From Octopus vulgaris (taxonomy: Eukaryota): a stretch of DNA of 64,000 bases. Of the stretch, positions 41,219-54,749 are shown in pieces. The stretch spans positions 111,724,001 to 111,788,000 of the forward strand of contig OX597815.1 in NCBI GenBank assembly GCA_951406725.2. Direction: 5' to 3'. Both the position numbers and the translations under genes were made by a program. The notes under the pieces are model-generated. The model worked only from the letters and a program-made list of their open reading frames with translations. It ran no database searches and had not been told where the DNA came from. Position 1 is the stretch's first letter. Every line of letters starts with the position of its first letter.

Positions 41219-44200
41219 TCAGAATGTGGGCACTATGGCCCACTCAAGTAGAGAGTTATTGTTTACAGAGACATATCCGGGTGTAGGGGGTTTATCCGGG
41301 ATTTCTTGAAGGAATCTGTCCAAAGACTTCTTGAACCCAATAGGGTCAGTTTCTGTTTTAATGTGTTTTGGTGTAATGTTAAAGAGAGCGGGGCCAATTG
41401 AGGTGAAATAATTGTGCCGTATTGTTGTTATGAGATGAGAGTGCGATTTTTGTTTTGGGCGGATGGCACGGGGCCCAAGCCTTGGATGTACCTTAAAGGT
41501 GATGCCAACATCATTTGGGCAATGCTGATGGAATATATTCCACATCATGCAGATGATGTAGCGCTCACGACGACGTTGGAGAGAATAAAGTTTTAGCTTT
41601 TCTAGTCGACCCCAATAGTCGAGGCCTGTCATGCCATCTATCTTTTTTGTGATTGCCCTTTGAGGTGCTTCAACTTTTATGATACTTTGTATTGTGTGGG
41701 GAGACCACAGTGGACAACGGTATTCAAGGTGGGGTCGGGCAAAAGTGGAGAAGAGAAGGATAATGGTGTGGATATCTCTCGACTGGAAAGTTCTGAGAAT
41801 CCAGGAACACATTCTGCGGGCCATGTCAACTTTGGTGTTTATATGAGTGGCCCAGCTTATGTTGTTGTCCACAATTACTCCCAAGTCTCTGATGTTGTTG
41901 GACGCCGCGAGAGTTTCACCTGAAGGAAGGGAGTATGGGAGTTTCAGGGCATCTTCTTTTCCAAAGTGGATTAACTCAAATTTATCCTCGTTCAGCAGCA
42001 TATTGTTTTTTTCTGCCCATTGGATAACAGCCAGTAGATCTGACTGAAGGCATGTCCGGTCACTCGCCTCATTTATGACCTTCTGTAGCTTGGAATCATC
42101 TGCAAAGATTTTTATGTTGCTGTGCTTGATGATGTCATTAATGTCATTAATGTAGATGATGAAAAGAAGTGGGCCCAGCACAGTGCCTTGCGGAACGCCA
42201 CTACTGACTTTGGCTGGGCTTGATTTTACCCCTTCAACTACAACATGTTGAGATCTGTCTGTCAGGAAACACTTGATCCATTTCAGTAACTTTCCAGAGA
42301 CACCAATGTTGGGTAGTTTTTTCAATAGGATCTTGTGATCGACCCTGTCGAAGGCCTTACTGAAATCAAGGTAGATGACATCTGTGTTGGAGCCCTCTCC
42401 CAAAGCTCTCAAAATGTCATCAAAGTGATGCAGGAGCTGCGTTAGGCAGTCCCTTCCATTACGGAACCCATGTTAGTTAGAGATCAGCCGTCTGTTGCTT
42501 TCCAGAAATTGGGTTATTCGAGATCTCACCACTTTCTCAAATACCTTGATGATATGAGAGGTGAGTGAGATCGGACGGTAGTTCACTGCAAGGGGCTTGT
42601 TTCCCTTTTTGAAAACTGGGACAACAGACTGGGACAGAAGGTTTTGGAATATAGCCAGCATCCAGTGAGTTTCTCCACAGATTAGCAAGGGGAGATACAA
42701 GTTGGTGTCGACACACCTTCAGGACACAAGCAGGGAACCTATCGGGGCCTACTGCTGAATTGTGTTTTATTTCGTTTATCGCCGCTAAGACATCAGGAGC
42801 ACTAAACGTTATGTCCGATATAGTGTGTTGGGGGTTGACATCACTGATACAGCCCAGATCGGCCATATCAGGATTGCTGAAAACAGAGCAGTATTGTTTC
42901 TGCAGTATCTCGGCCATGGGTTTGGCATTATCTTGGAGAGTGCCAGCTTCATCAATTAGAGGGCCAACAATGGAGACAGTGACCCTGCGTTTCCTCGCAA
43001 ATGAAAAGAACACTTTGGGGTTGAGTTTGATTTTTTCAATGGCCCACTTCTCCTCAGTTGATCTTTGGTTATTGATGAGGGTCTTCATGCATTGTTGGAG
43101 GTTATATTTTTGGGATTCAAGCAGTGCGATAGCCGTCGAATGTGTGTGTTGCTGTTGGCAGTACTTTAGTTTGTTAATTTTTTTGTTTGTTCTTTTTATT
43201 TTTCTGATAATGGTTTTTCTGTTTTGGGGGATTCTGCACTTTTTGTTCACAGGTCTTGGTGGGGAGTGTTTTGCACATATGTCTGTGACGGTGTCTACAA
43301 AGATCTGCCAAGATGTTTTATGGTTGGTGGAGATGTGTGTATGTGTAAAGGACCAGTCAACATGTGATAGCTCGTTCCTGATTGCATCCCAGTTGGCATT
43401 ATGGAGATCCATGTTGTCAAATGGGTGGGCTGGAGGAGGTCACTAGGATTAGCTTTCGGCTGGTGGAATTTCATGTTACAGAGAACCATGTCATGGTCTG
43501 AAAGAAGGGTTTTTTCCACTGTAACGTTATGTATAGTGTTAGTGTGGTTACTAAACACTAGGTCCAAAATGTTCTTCTGATGTATTGTTGGTGCAAGGAC
43601 AAGTTGGGACAAGAAAAACTCATTCGTAAAGTCGAAAAGTGACTCTGCTGCTTCTTTGTCGGCGGTTGAGGCGGGAGTGCTTGGTTTCAAACAGTAGTCC
43701 AGTCAACACAGGGTAGATTGAAGTCTCCCATCATGAGTAGGTTGCTAGAATGGCACTGTTGAATAAAGCACTTAATGCTGTTGAGGCATTCTTTAAAGCA
43801 CAGTATGGGTGTTTGGGGCGGCCTATAGAGCCCAATTACTGTCAGGTCATTGACTTTGTTGTGCACGGTGACTGATTCACAGTAGCCGTTGGAGAATATA
43901 CTATTTCCATCTGCCGTAAACGAATCATGCAGGAAAATGGCAGTTCCACCCTTCCTTCTGCCGATACGATCCGCGCGGATGGTTGTGAAATTCTTCACTC
44001 TCACTTCGGCTTCCAAGTGGGAGTTGTCAAGGTGGGTCTCAGTGAGAATGAAGAAAGGGATGTGGTGTGGATGGTTACCAACCCAGTCTTCAATGAATTG
44101 GACCTTCCATTTTTGTGCATTGATGGAAGGGCTGACACCTTGTGCATTGAGTAGAAATGTGGAGGTTAGTGTAGTGGCTGGTTTTGACTGTTGCAGGGGG

Positions 44201-44250
44201 CTTGGATTTTTTGTGTGTGTTAGTGGCAGCAAGGTGGGGAATTGGTGCAC
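41219..44250 (-). pseudogene. LINE ORF2 (APE endonuclease-reverse transcriptase), disrupted
   Basis: Split across ORFs 43687-44250, 43295-43690, 42537-43412, 42473-42700 and 41219-42412 by about three frameshifts and one nonsense codon (ISN*HGFR). Confidence 0.92.
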
Positions 44251-45452
44251 TGGGGTAATAGCATAGGATGGTGTTGAGTGATGGCTAGAATATTTTTGTG
44301 TATCTCTTTTGCCATGTTCAACATGGCTAAAAAAGAATGTTCTTGCTTAGGGAGCAGTTTTTGGCTGGAGGTGTGGTTGCACTGTTGGATAGGGTTGTAG
44401 TTTCCACTTTTGTTGTTGTTGTTTTTGTGTCTTCCTGAAAAGACTGAACCAGCATTACTGCAGCATGGTGTGTTTTTATTTTTATTTTTATTCAGGTTTG
44501 TGTGTTGGCTTGAAGCCCCGTTTCTGTTTGTGCGTCGGGTCCCTGGAAGATGAGTGAAGGGACAGTCACTCAGCAGACATATTCTCTCACGTTGGGAATA
44601 CCGGCAGATTTTGGGACTCCGAGTTGTGTGTGTTTTGAATTTCGATTTACTATTTGGTGGTGTTGATGTTATTGTGGGATGCGTGCTTTGGCCTTGGCCG
44701 GTAGTGCGTCTAGTGCCAGGTAGATGCGTGAAGATGCAGTCACTATTTGTGCAGAGTCTCTGGCGCAGTGAATAGTGGCATATTTTGGGGTTTCTTGTTT
44801 GTGCCGTGGGGGGCGCATTCTGCTTCATATGTTTCTTTAAGTTTTTGTTACTGCAGTAGTATTGAGGTGGTGATGTGGGGGAAGAGAACAGTGGTTTCTT
44901 ATTTGGTTTTTTGTTGGTATTTTTGGTGATAGAAGACGATGGTGGCAGCGGTGGTGATGATGATGATGATGATAATTGTGGTGGTTGCCGTGAGAGCGGT
45001 GAAAAGATACTGGCATTTAGTGAATCATCTAGTATGCTAGAGTTGAGGAGTGGCTGTTGTTGTTCTTGTTGCTGTGGCTGTTGTTGTTGTTGTTGTGCTT
45101 GACCGATGTTAGGGTCAGCTATTGTGCTGGGAAATAGGAGTGACTCATTCTGTTGTTGTTGTTGTTGTGGCTGTTGATTTTCTAGCTGTTGCTGTTCTTG
45201 AACAGTGAAAATATAAAGAAGTTTTTCAAAATGGCTTTTTGTCAGTTTGAAAGCGGCTCCGATATGCTTCAGTTTGCTACGAATCTGTTTGACGGATCGT
45301 GTGTTGATTATTTGTGATGTTTTTTCGGCAATCTCATTCAAACATAAAACATTTAAATTATCTGTTTGGGAAAGAGAGAACCGAGTGTTTATTAAAACAT
45401 CAATTTCATTATCAGACCAATTTCGTCTGTTGCAGACCTGCAAGTTAGTCAT
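44220..45452 (-). CDS. LINE ORF1, 410 aa: Myb/SANT-like N-terminus, poly-Q/S/P linker, two CCCH zinc fingers
   Basis: Open ATG-initiated ORF. RRNWSDNEIDVLI..IAEK..RSVKQIRSKL. Two C-x8-C-x4-C-x3-H motifs, each followed by LPGTRRT. Confidence 0.8.
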   Translation of the reverse strand: MTNLQVCNRRNWSDNEIDVLINTRFSLSQTDNLNVLCLNEIAEKTSQIINTRSVKQIRSKLKHIGAAFKLTKSHFEKLLYIFTVQEQQQLENQQPQQQQQQNESLLFPSTIADPNIGQAQQQQQQPQQQEQQQPLLNSSILDDSLNASIFSPLSRQPPQLSSSSSSPPLPPSSSITKNTNKKPNKKPLFSSPTSPPQYYCSNKNLKKHMKQNAPPTAQTRNPKICHYSLRQRLCTNSDCIFTHLPGTRRTTGQGQSTHPTITSTPPNSKSKFKTHTTRSPKICRYSQRERICLLSDCPFTHLPGTRRTNRNGASSQHTNLNKNKNKNTPCCSNAGSVFSGRHKNNNNKSGNYNPIQQCNHTSSQKLLPKQEHSFLAMLNMAKEIHKNILAITQHHPMLLPQCTNSPPCCH

Positions 45453-47869
45453 GTTTGTTTTTCTTTTGCTTTTTGATATATATATATTCTTTCTTGGGAG
45501 TTAAAGAAGTGTATATATATATAAATGTTCTCTCTTAAGGGTGTGAGTTTTTGATTATTTGGTTGTTTGAAGATATTAAAAGAAAAACAAGTGTATATAA
45601 CAATTTGTAGTTAAATAAAAACGTACTTACGGGTTTGTAGGCAAACACGTGGTTACAAATATATATATATTTAAGGTCAGTTAAGTTTTGAAGCTGTGTA
45701 GCTTGCTACTGACTTGGGAGAGAGAAACAAAAAGACGTCCGTCCAGTTCAACATGGAACTTTCAGCTACATCTTCTATACACCAAGCAATGCAGTACTCA
45801 AGTACTCAGAGGAGTGTGTCTTGAACAACATGGTACATGATAAAGTACAAGAGATGTTCAATGTCTGGGGGACTTTTGACAGCCTGTTTTCTGAATCAAG
45901 TTTGATTTGGTGCTAGATATACATTAATCTAAAAACCTACACGTGAAATATATTTTAACGTTTATAGACGAGATTGTTACAGTTCAATTTAGTTCGTCTC
46001 TAAATTAATCCAGCTTTTATATATTCATAGAATTGCTTGTATGCGATTATCATGCTGATAGTTGCAACTTATAAATATAAAGCAGAGTTTTGGCAATTTA
46101 AAGTAAAAAAAAAATCGATAATTCCGAAACCTTTTACCACGGTAAACAATATCTCAAATAAGTTGTTCGAAACCATAAATGCTATTATATAAAGTGACTG
46201 AGTAATCTTCTACAGAACAATAAACACTTTAACATATGAATGCATTCCATTTTTAGGATTTCTACATGTTATTTATTAAAATTTTCCTAAGCTTCCTATT
46301 CACATTTTGATCGTGTCATTCATGTGCTAGTTTCAATATGTGGCAACAAATTTAAAGCAGTAAGAGGCAAACCGGCGCCATATTAAGAAAGGCTACTTAC
46401 GGACAAAACAAATAAGGTTAGAGAAGTCATTGAATACATCGCAGGAAGAAATCAATAATTATTAGAAATGTGCTAGCTGAGATAAAGAAGAAATATTCTA
46501 AATATATCATGAACAGAAAGAAAATAAGCTTGGATGATGTTTGAGGAATCGTTCTCTTGAAGAATCCTCATGTTCTAAGATTTCAGACCACACCTCCTCC
46601 AGACTTTTATATAGCTATTCACAAATGTTAGAATTCTTTTCACTCGAAGAAAGTATTTAAAGTTATAGTGTCTGCCATACTTCTTTACTTTCCTTAAACT
46701 TCACTTCATAAGTTTAGTTCTAGTTAATTCAGTATATCGAAAGACTCCGTAATCCACTTTCGCAATGTCTATCCGAATTCCCTCTAAAAATTCATGTTAC
46801 ATAGAAAAATATATTAACCACATCAGAACATAATAACTAACCAGGCATTTCTTGCTGCACATTCAGAGGGATTTGTAAAGGGTATATGGAACAAACAGTT
46901 ATTATGTGGAACACGATTTAAAATTTGTTCATCTTAGCACATACATCTGGTATTGTGGAAAATAACGGAGTTCACTTTGTTGCAATTAGTCGAGTCAAAT
47001 CATTAAATTAATTATAGGGTACTATTTACTCTAATCTCTGAGATACCGAAACATTCCATGGGTTTTTCTCAACAAATTTGATTAAATAAAATATTGCAAA
47101 GACTTCTTGAAGAGGTTGTAAATGTGTTGCAGTTAGTAGAGGAAGGAGGGATACGCTGTTGATACATATACACAATAGATGCACGTACCTAGAAAGAAAA
47201 ACTTATAATCAACTGTCCAGTGATATTTGTTTTTCGTGTCTTGATGAAATTGTTGAATCTAAGGAGGAGAAGAAGAGATGTTGATCAATTACAGACACCT
47301 AGATACATTGTTTGCATGTACCTAAGAAGAAAAAGTATCGTATCAGTTAACCGCATTCTGTATCAAGTTTCTATATCCTACTACCACTAACAAATTCACT
47401 GTCAAGTGTCAAATACTGGAAAGAGAAATCGCTATGGATGTAATTCTCTTTTTTGCAAGAACCAATGATGATTATTGTTAGCGTTGCAAATTGATTATGA
47501 AATACACCTCTGTGTAAGAGACATTAATACTCCGGTGGAGAGTTTAATCTTGTTAATATTTTATTTATTGTAAGTTAACCTACTTTTCATATGAAGAAGA
47601 AATTACTACTAAAATCACATTCGTAAGAAAAAACGTATTGAAGATTGAAATTTAAATGGCAAATCGAAAGAAGCTCTGAAATTCAATGATTCGCCAAACG
47701 TAACTCAGGAGTACTTTTACCGAAGTATCAGGGATTAAATATTATGTTACCAGTCAGAAAATAAGTAAAAAGAAACTGTTTATTAGAAAATCGTACTCTG
47801 TGTATTTACCTACAGCTTTACTACACACACTCAGAGACACACACATGTAGGTATATATGTATATATGTG

Positions 47870-48058
<189 letters not shown>

Positions 48059-49124
48059 TCTCATATTATATCATATACTATCGCCAGTGTAAACGTATAT
48101 CTCAAAGTTAATTTGTAACTAGATGAATAACGGAGGAAATAGTTAATACCTTATGAATTATCCAATTTTGTAAATCTAAATTGGATTTTTAAAAGAAGGC
48201 TTCACTAAGTTGGTGTGGACAACGAATTAATGACTCATTACATTTACAAAGAGGTAGAGACTTATACATTAGGAATTCTAATACCTTCATGCCACATATA
48301 TACACCTTCTCCTTATAGCAAATTGCGGTAGGTGTAACTGATTACGAATGAAGATAATTAAACTTTGTGTCCTTAAGATCCCAAATAAATATCCTTAATA
48401 ACGTATCAGGTAATTAGCATTAGTTATTAAAAGAATATATCAAATAATTCTATTTGAAATTCAATTTTAAATGTAGCACCGATTACCCGGAGGCATTAAT
48501 TAGGTAATAGGCATGTATATTGATCTCTGAAATTGCATATATTACTTACGTTCATTAACCAGTAAAGTATTATTAATTGTATCATTATTAAATCATTGTC
48601 TGGAGGAGGTTTTAAATCAGAAGGAATATTTGCATCAGATCGTGATGTTTTATTAACAGATGAGGGAGAGTCGGACTATTACTAATGGTGGCTACGTTGT
48701 TAGTTAGACAGCACGGAGTAGAGTACACTAATTTCGTTATGTGCCAATTAAATATGTTGGTGTATTTAATAGAAAACGGAAAATTCCGTTCCAGTTTCTG
48801 AGGATAGCACTGGCTGCTTGAAATCTAGAGAGATAGATACATAAAATACACATACATGCAGGTAAACGATGAATAGTGAGATAGCAGGACGATGATATAC
48901 ATATATATTCCAAACATGTTCTGACCGATTCGTAATTAAATTGGATAAATAGTACTACTTCATCACTGAAGAGTACATTCTTTCAGACGAATGTATATTA
49001 GTTAAACCCCGATAATTTAGCGCAAGGAAAATACAAGACTCCCGGTGTTTCGATACAGCCGTATCTTTTCAGGGTTTGTGATTCTTGTTGAACTTACAAT
49101 TCAGCAATATACATATATATACCC

Positions 49125-49286
49125 GCAGGTGTGGCTGTTAGGTAAGAGGCTTGTTTCCCAAACACATGGTTCCGGGTTCAGTCCTACTGTGTGGCACTTT
49201 AGTCAAGTGACTTCTAATATAGCGTCAGGCCGACCAAAGCCTTGTGAGTGAATTTAGTTGACACAACCTGAAAGAAACCCGTCGTG

Positions 49287-49325
<39 letters not shown>

Positions 49326-49505
49326 TTCTGTCCGCCCACCATAGCTAGACAGCTGATGTTGGTATGTTAAAGTTCCCGTAACTTAGCGACTCTGCAAAAG
49401 AGACCGATTAAATAAGTACTAGACTTACAGGGAATAAGTCATGGGGTCTATTTGATCGACTATAGGATGTGCTTCAGGATGGAAACAAGTAAAAGAGTAA
49501 AAGAG
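49125..49505 (+). mobile_element. tRNA-derived SINE (second family) with internal (TA)(TG)n
   Basis: A-box-like gtggctgttagg, B-box-like ggttcagtcc, tail gtaaaagagtaaaagagt. Confidence 0.85.
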
Positions 49506-49509
49506 TATG

Positions 49510-49613
<104 letters not shown>

Positions 49614-49639
49614 TAGATATATAGATATATAAACATAAT

Positions 49640-50365
49640 AACTGATATTAGGGTAATAAGAATTATAGAAAATATTAAGTCAATAGACTATATATTATTC
49701 ACATAAAAATATCGTGTACATTAAAACATATTAGGAGGCTTCCAGATAAGAAAGCCTTGTGCTAGAAAGAGCAGTAGAAAACTCAAACCACTAGTTAAGG
49801 ATAAATTCTCGAAAGGAATAAAAAAAAAAACGTTTACCATCTAAGACTTTCCTATTTGGAAGCTTCTTAATGTGTTTTGGTGTACACGATATTTTTATGT
49901 GAATAATATATAGTCTATTGACTAATGTTTTGTGCTAGGCCACTGGTAATAATAATTTCTATAATTCTTATTAGCCTAATATTATTTAATATGTTTAAAT
50001 ATTTTTTGATAAATTTGTTCGAAATTTTACCGGCATTCTCTCAGTCGCCAGAAATAAACTGCATCTGCGGAGTGGATTTGAAAAGTTGAGAATATACAGG
50101 CAGTGAGTTTACATGCGGATCTAGTTGTGTGTATATTTAAAATCTAAAGCCTACCTACTGATGCAGACTGGGCTCAGTAAATATGTTTTACTGAAATTAG
50201 ACAGAAACCATGGTCTAGGAACTAAATTAGCTGGCAAACGTTTCTATTTTCATTCCTTTCGAGAATTTATCCTTAATTAGTGGTTTGAGTTTTCTACAGC
50301 TTTTTCTAGCACAAGGCTTTCCTACTTGGAAGCCTCTTAATGTGTTTTAATGTACACGATACTTT

Positions 50366-50370
<5 letters not shown>
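49640..50370. repeat. Nested inverted repeats typical of Penelope-like termini
   Basis: 49678-49757 is inverted at 49843-49923, and 49705-49835 is inverted at 50237-50368. Contains a hammerhead-like motif. Confidence 0.8.
50154..50219 (+). ncRNA. Hammerhead-like motif with CUGAUGC core and long stem II
   Basis: CCUA-CUGAUGC-agacugggc-UCAGUAAA-uaugu-UUUACUGA-aauuagaca-GAAA-CCAUGG-UC-UAGG. 4-bp stem I, palindromic stem III, GUC triplet. Confidence 0.65.
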
Positions 50371-50456
<86 letters not shown>

Positions 50457-50470
50457 GCATGTATACATAC

Positions 50471-50517
<47 letters not shown>

Positions 50518-50526
50518 CATGCATAT

Positions 50527-50588
<62 letters not shown>

Positions 50589-50643
50589 TAAAAATATTAA
50601 ATTTCTAAATATCTCAGAGAGATATGAGCGATGGTGGAATGAT

Positions 50644-50887
50644 AGAGCGGTTGTATACTGCCAACTTAACGTGACAGTCTCGTAAAGGGAATCATACCGC
50701 CACTATTTAGCCATAGGAAGCATCCAGAGATCTCTGGATGAAGGCCTAGCTGTTGGGGGTGTTTGTCTCCCCTTCGTAAATATAAGGACAACGGATATGT
50801 TTCAAAGCTGACAGGAAGAGTCGATGCTTCCTAGGGATAAATAGCGGTAATGTGATTCTCTTAAGTTGACAGTATACAATCGCTCTC
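50644..50887. mobile_element. Short foldback element with ~65-80-bp imperfect inverted ends, inside (TA)n
   Basis: agagcggttgtatactgccaacttaa...taggaagcatc vs gatgcttcctag...ttaagttgacagtatacaatcgctct. Perfect 20-bp palindrome at 50721-50740. Confidence 0.7.
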
Positions 50888-50898
50888 TCTCTCTCTTT

Positions 50899-50941
<43 letters not shown>

Positions 50942-50959
50942 ATATAAAAGGCCTTTTTT

Positions 50960-51305
50960 AGTGTTCGGGTCATGAGAGGAGCAGAGAGCTGGACCGATCA
51001 TCTAGTGCGTGGAAAAATAGATTTTTCGATAATGTCTAAAAATCGACAGTCTGGTTCTTAGGTTCCCAAAAAGTTAAATGTTATAAACTTTAAATTATCG
51101 AACAACCTGCAAAGATTCCACAATGATATAGAAAGTATCAATCTTTATCTAAACAACCTTGGGGAAGATTTCAAAACAGTTTTAGAAGAGATGGCATTTG
51201 AACCAACTCTAAATAACATTTATTTAGCTGTGAATAAGCTGAATAACAATAAATCTCCAGGGTCTAATGGCATCTGTGCAGAAGACTTGCAATATCGCTA
51301 TGGTT
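50960..51305 (+). mobile_element. LINE ORF2 linker fragment (RTE-like)
   Basis: EPTLNNIYLAVNKLNNNKSPGSNGICAEDL, a KxPGxDGI-type motif upstream of RT. Confidence 0.6.
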
Positions 51306-51451
51306 GACCGCTAACTCCAAAAGAGTTTTTCTATTTTCTCTGTTCATTTTCTCGAGTTCCAAGACTTACCTTCCCGAGCGTCAATCTAATACACCTGGCT
51401 GCTTGTTGTTTATACACCTGTCTTCGTCGTTTGGTTTTCTGTAAATTTCAA

Positions 51452-51506
<55 letters not shown>

Positions 51507-51668
51507 CACATATTTATACATATATACACACATATATATATGTATATATATATATATATTCATATATATATTTATATATATACATTCATATATATATATA
51601 TATGAAGGTATATATATATATATATATATTTTATATACATATATATATGAATATATATTATATTATGT

Positions 51669-51726
<58 letters not shown>

Positions 51727-51729
51727 TCT

Positions 51730-54280
51730 TTAATCTGATGGATGAGTATTTCCTGACTCAGCTAGTGCTTGAACCAAACGAGACAGAATAAAACGATCTT
51801 GGATCTGGTACTGACCAATCACTCTAGCTACGTTCACAGCATTTCAGTCGAAAAAACTCTCCTCTCAGACCACGACATGGTACTCTGCAATCTTAATTCC
51901 CGACGTATAAAAACCAAACCAGCCAATCCCACTCCATGGCACCCATTTGACAACATAAATTTCCACAAAGCGGACTGGGGAACAATCAGAAAGGATCTAT
52001 CTTCCATCGACTGGTCTTTTACTCTCAATTCCCCTCATATTGAGACCGCGTGGCAGCACTTTGAAACCATTGTCACCGACACATGCTCTAAACATGCTCC
52101 CAAGAAATCTACTAACACAAACAGAAACCGGCTCCCTAAAAAGAAAAAAACACTCATCAGGCGCATCAAAAGACTCAACAAAAAAATCAACCAATTAGAA
52201 TATTCCCACACGCAACATCCACATTCAACAACAATGAAAAGACTAGAGCTGGAAAAACTTCATCTGCAGACTAACATGAAAACCTCCATTGAAAATCAAA
52301 GAGCTGTGGAGGAACAATGGGTAATCAAAAACATCAAACAGAACCCAAAAGTGTTCTATTCTTATGCAAATAAGCATAGAACCACTGTCTCACCTATTGG
52401 GCCATTGATTGATGAAAACGGCATTCCCCAACACGATGCTAAAAAATGGCAGAAATACTGCAGAAACAATATTGCTCTGTCTTCAGTGTTCCCACTGATA
52501 TTGATGTGAGGGAAACGAACGAAGCTGACTCCCAACACAAAATCGCAGACATAACCTTCACTGCCACCGACATCGTAGCAGCAATAAATGAGGTCAAAAA
52601 TTACTCCGCTGTAGGCCCTGATAGATTTCCCGCCAGTCTCCTGAAGGAATGTAGATATCAACTTGCAGTCCCTCTGACCAACCTCTGGAGAAACTCGTTA
52701 GACGCAGGTTATATACCGAATAAGTTTCTATCCCAGTCGGTCATCCCGGTTTTCAAACAGGGAAACAGATCCCTCGCAGTCAACTATCGCCCAATCTCAC
52801 TCACCTCCCACATCATTAAAGTGTTTGAAAGAGTGTTAAGATCAAGGATAGCTGACTTCCTGGAGACCCACAAACTCCTAAATTCAAATCAACATGGCTT
52901 TCGCTGTGGCAGGGACTGTCTAACACAGCTCTTACACCACATTGAAGATGTACTCAAAGCCTTGGGAACAGGTTCGAACTCTGACGTCATATACCTTGAC
53001 TTCAGTAAAGCGTTCGACAGGGTAGACCATAACATCCTACTCTCAAAATTGGCAAATGTTGGAATCCGTGGAAAAGTTCTACACTGGATTCAGTATTTCC
53101 TAGCGAATAGAACACAACATGTTGTAGTTGATGGAGTCCACTCAAACCCAGCAAAAGTCACCAGCGGTGTTCCCCAGGGAACTGTTTTAGGTCCGCTACT
53201 CTTCATAATTTATGTAAACGACCTTTCCAGTGTCGTACATCACTGCAAAGTGAAAATATTCGCTGATGACACTAAGCTCCAGCAAATCGTCAATGAAGAA
53301 GCAGACCGAACTCAACTCCAGTCTGACCTATATGCTGTGAGTCAATGGGCAGACAGAAACAAAATGCAACTGAATGAGGGAAAATTTGAGCTGATGCATT
53401 TTGGAAGAAATTCCTCACTAAAACAACCATACTCTCTTCCTTCAGGGGAACCGCTCACAGCCTCTAACAATATCAGAGACCTGGGTGTAATTGTTGATGA
53501 CGATCTTAGTTGGAGTGCACACATCAACAAGAAGGTCGATACAGCTCGTAGGATGAGTTCCTGGATCTTAAGAACTTTCCGGTCCAGAGAACAAGGTGTC
53601 ATCATACCACTTTTTTCATCCTTTGTACGGCCACACCTTGAATACTGCTGCCCACTGTGGTCTCCTCACACAAGACAAAACATCTCAAGAATTGAGTCAC
53701 CCCAGAGGGCTCTCACTAAACAAATTGAAGGCATGGCTGCTCTCGACTATTGGGATCGCCTTAAAGCCTTGAAACTTTACTCCTCCAGCGTCGCCGTGAG
53801 CGGTACATCATTTGTACGATGTGGAAAATATACCGCCAACTTTGCCCAAACGACCTAAACATTAGCTTCAAGGTTCATCCGAGACTTGGACCACGGGCTA
53901 TACGTCCCCTGCCAAATTCAAGATCACAACATACATGTACACTGCAACATAATTTCTTTTCCTCAACAGGCCCTGCCCTATTTAACATTGTCCCGAGGGA
54001 GATCAAAGAGGAAAAGGATCCCATCAACTTCAAACAGAGTCTGGATAGATTCCTTCAAAGAATACCAGAGAAGCCACCCATAATTGGATACAACTCACCC
54101 AACAAGAACTCACTACTTGAACAAAACTGGATACAACTCACCCAACAAGAACTCACTACTTGAACAAAACTTGACTTAAACAGGATTCGAATAATCCTAT
54201 CAGGTGGTGCTATTAAGTTAGACATGGCCTGGACCAATCTCTGGTCGAAACATATCTAAGTTTATCTAAGTCTAAGTTTA
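51730..54280 (+). mobile_element. 5'-truncated LINE, diverged relative of the 41125-45760 element, inserted in (TA)n
   Basis: ORFs 51769-52509, 52446-53858 and 53819-54163 (two frameshifts) are collinear with the ORF2 above. Tail of TATCTAAG-type repeats. 43-bp tandem duplication at 54085-54170. Confidence 0.95.
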
Positions 54281-54749
54281 TATATATATATATACACACA
54301 ATTGATGATGCGTACTGGAATCTGGAAAATGATAATTGTTCATGTTTCATGGCCACATAAAGAGCGAGAATCAGAACGATGAAAAACATTTTCTTTATAC
54401 ATTCCGGCTTATTCTCGCCTTTTATTCTGCACCTGACGATTTAATACCGGTGAAATATTCGGAGACCTTTATGTGTAACATGAAAATTTTTAATGTAGAC
54501 AGATGAAAGAGTTATCGCCTACATGTGTGGTTGTTCATCTGCGCTCATGAATTTATTGAAGCAGCATATATTACGTGTGAGCTGAATGGAAGCTTTTCAA
54601 ATATATATGTCTTTGAAATGTGTATGCTTATCAGTGTGTGTGTGTATGTGTGTATGAACGTTTCTTGAATTTGTAAATGTTAGAGATTGTGTGTTGGCTG
54701 CAGTATGATAGTTGTACTATGTATTTTTGACGCGACATGATCATTGGCA

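Larger units (their letters stand above)
41125..45760 (-). mobile_element. Near full-length CR1/L2-group LINE (ORF1 + APE-RT ORF2, octamer tail)
   Basis: 5' UTR and ORF1; APE (LLNAQG, ILTETHL, GLYRPP, MGDFNLP, LDLVF, SDH); RT (YRPISLTS, YLDFSKAFD, SGVPQGTVLGPLLF, FADD, RDLGV). Tail (TATCAAAG)x3. Confidence 0.95.

Noticed and set aside
42760-44266. Long plus-strand ORFs (228 aa, 125 aa)
   Set aside because: Antisense shadows of LINE ORF2.
54430-54480. CTGACGA...GAAA motif
   Set aside because: The stems cannot be drawn convincingly. At best a very decayed remnant.
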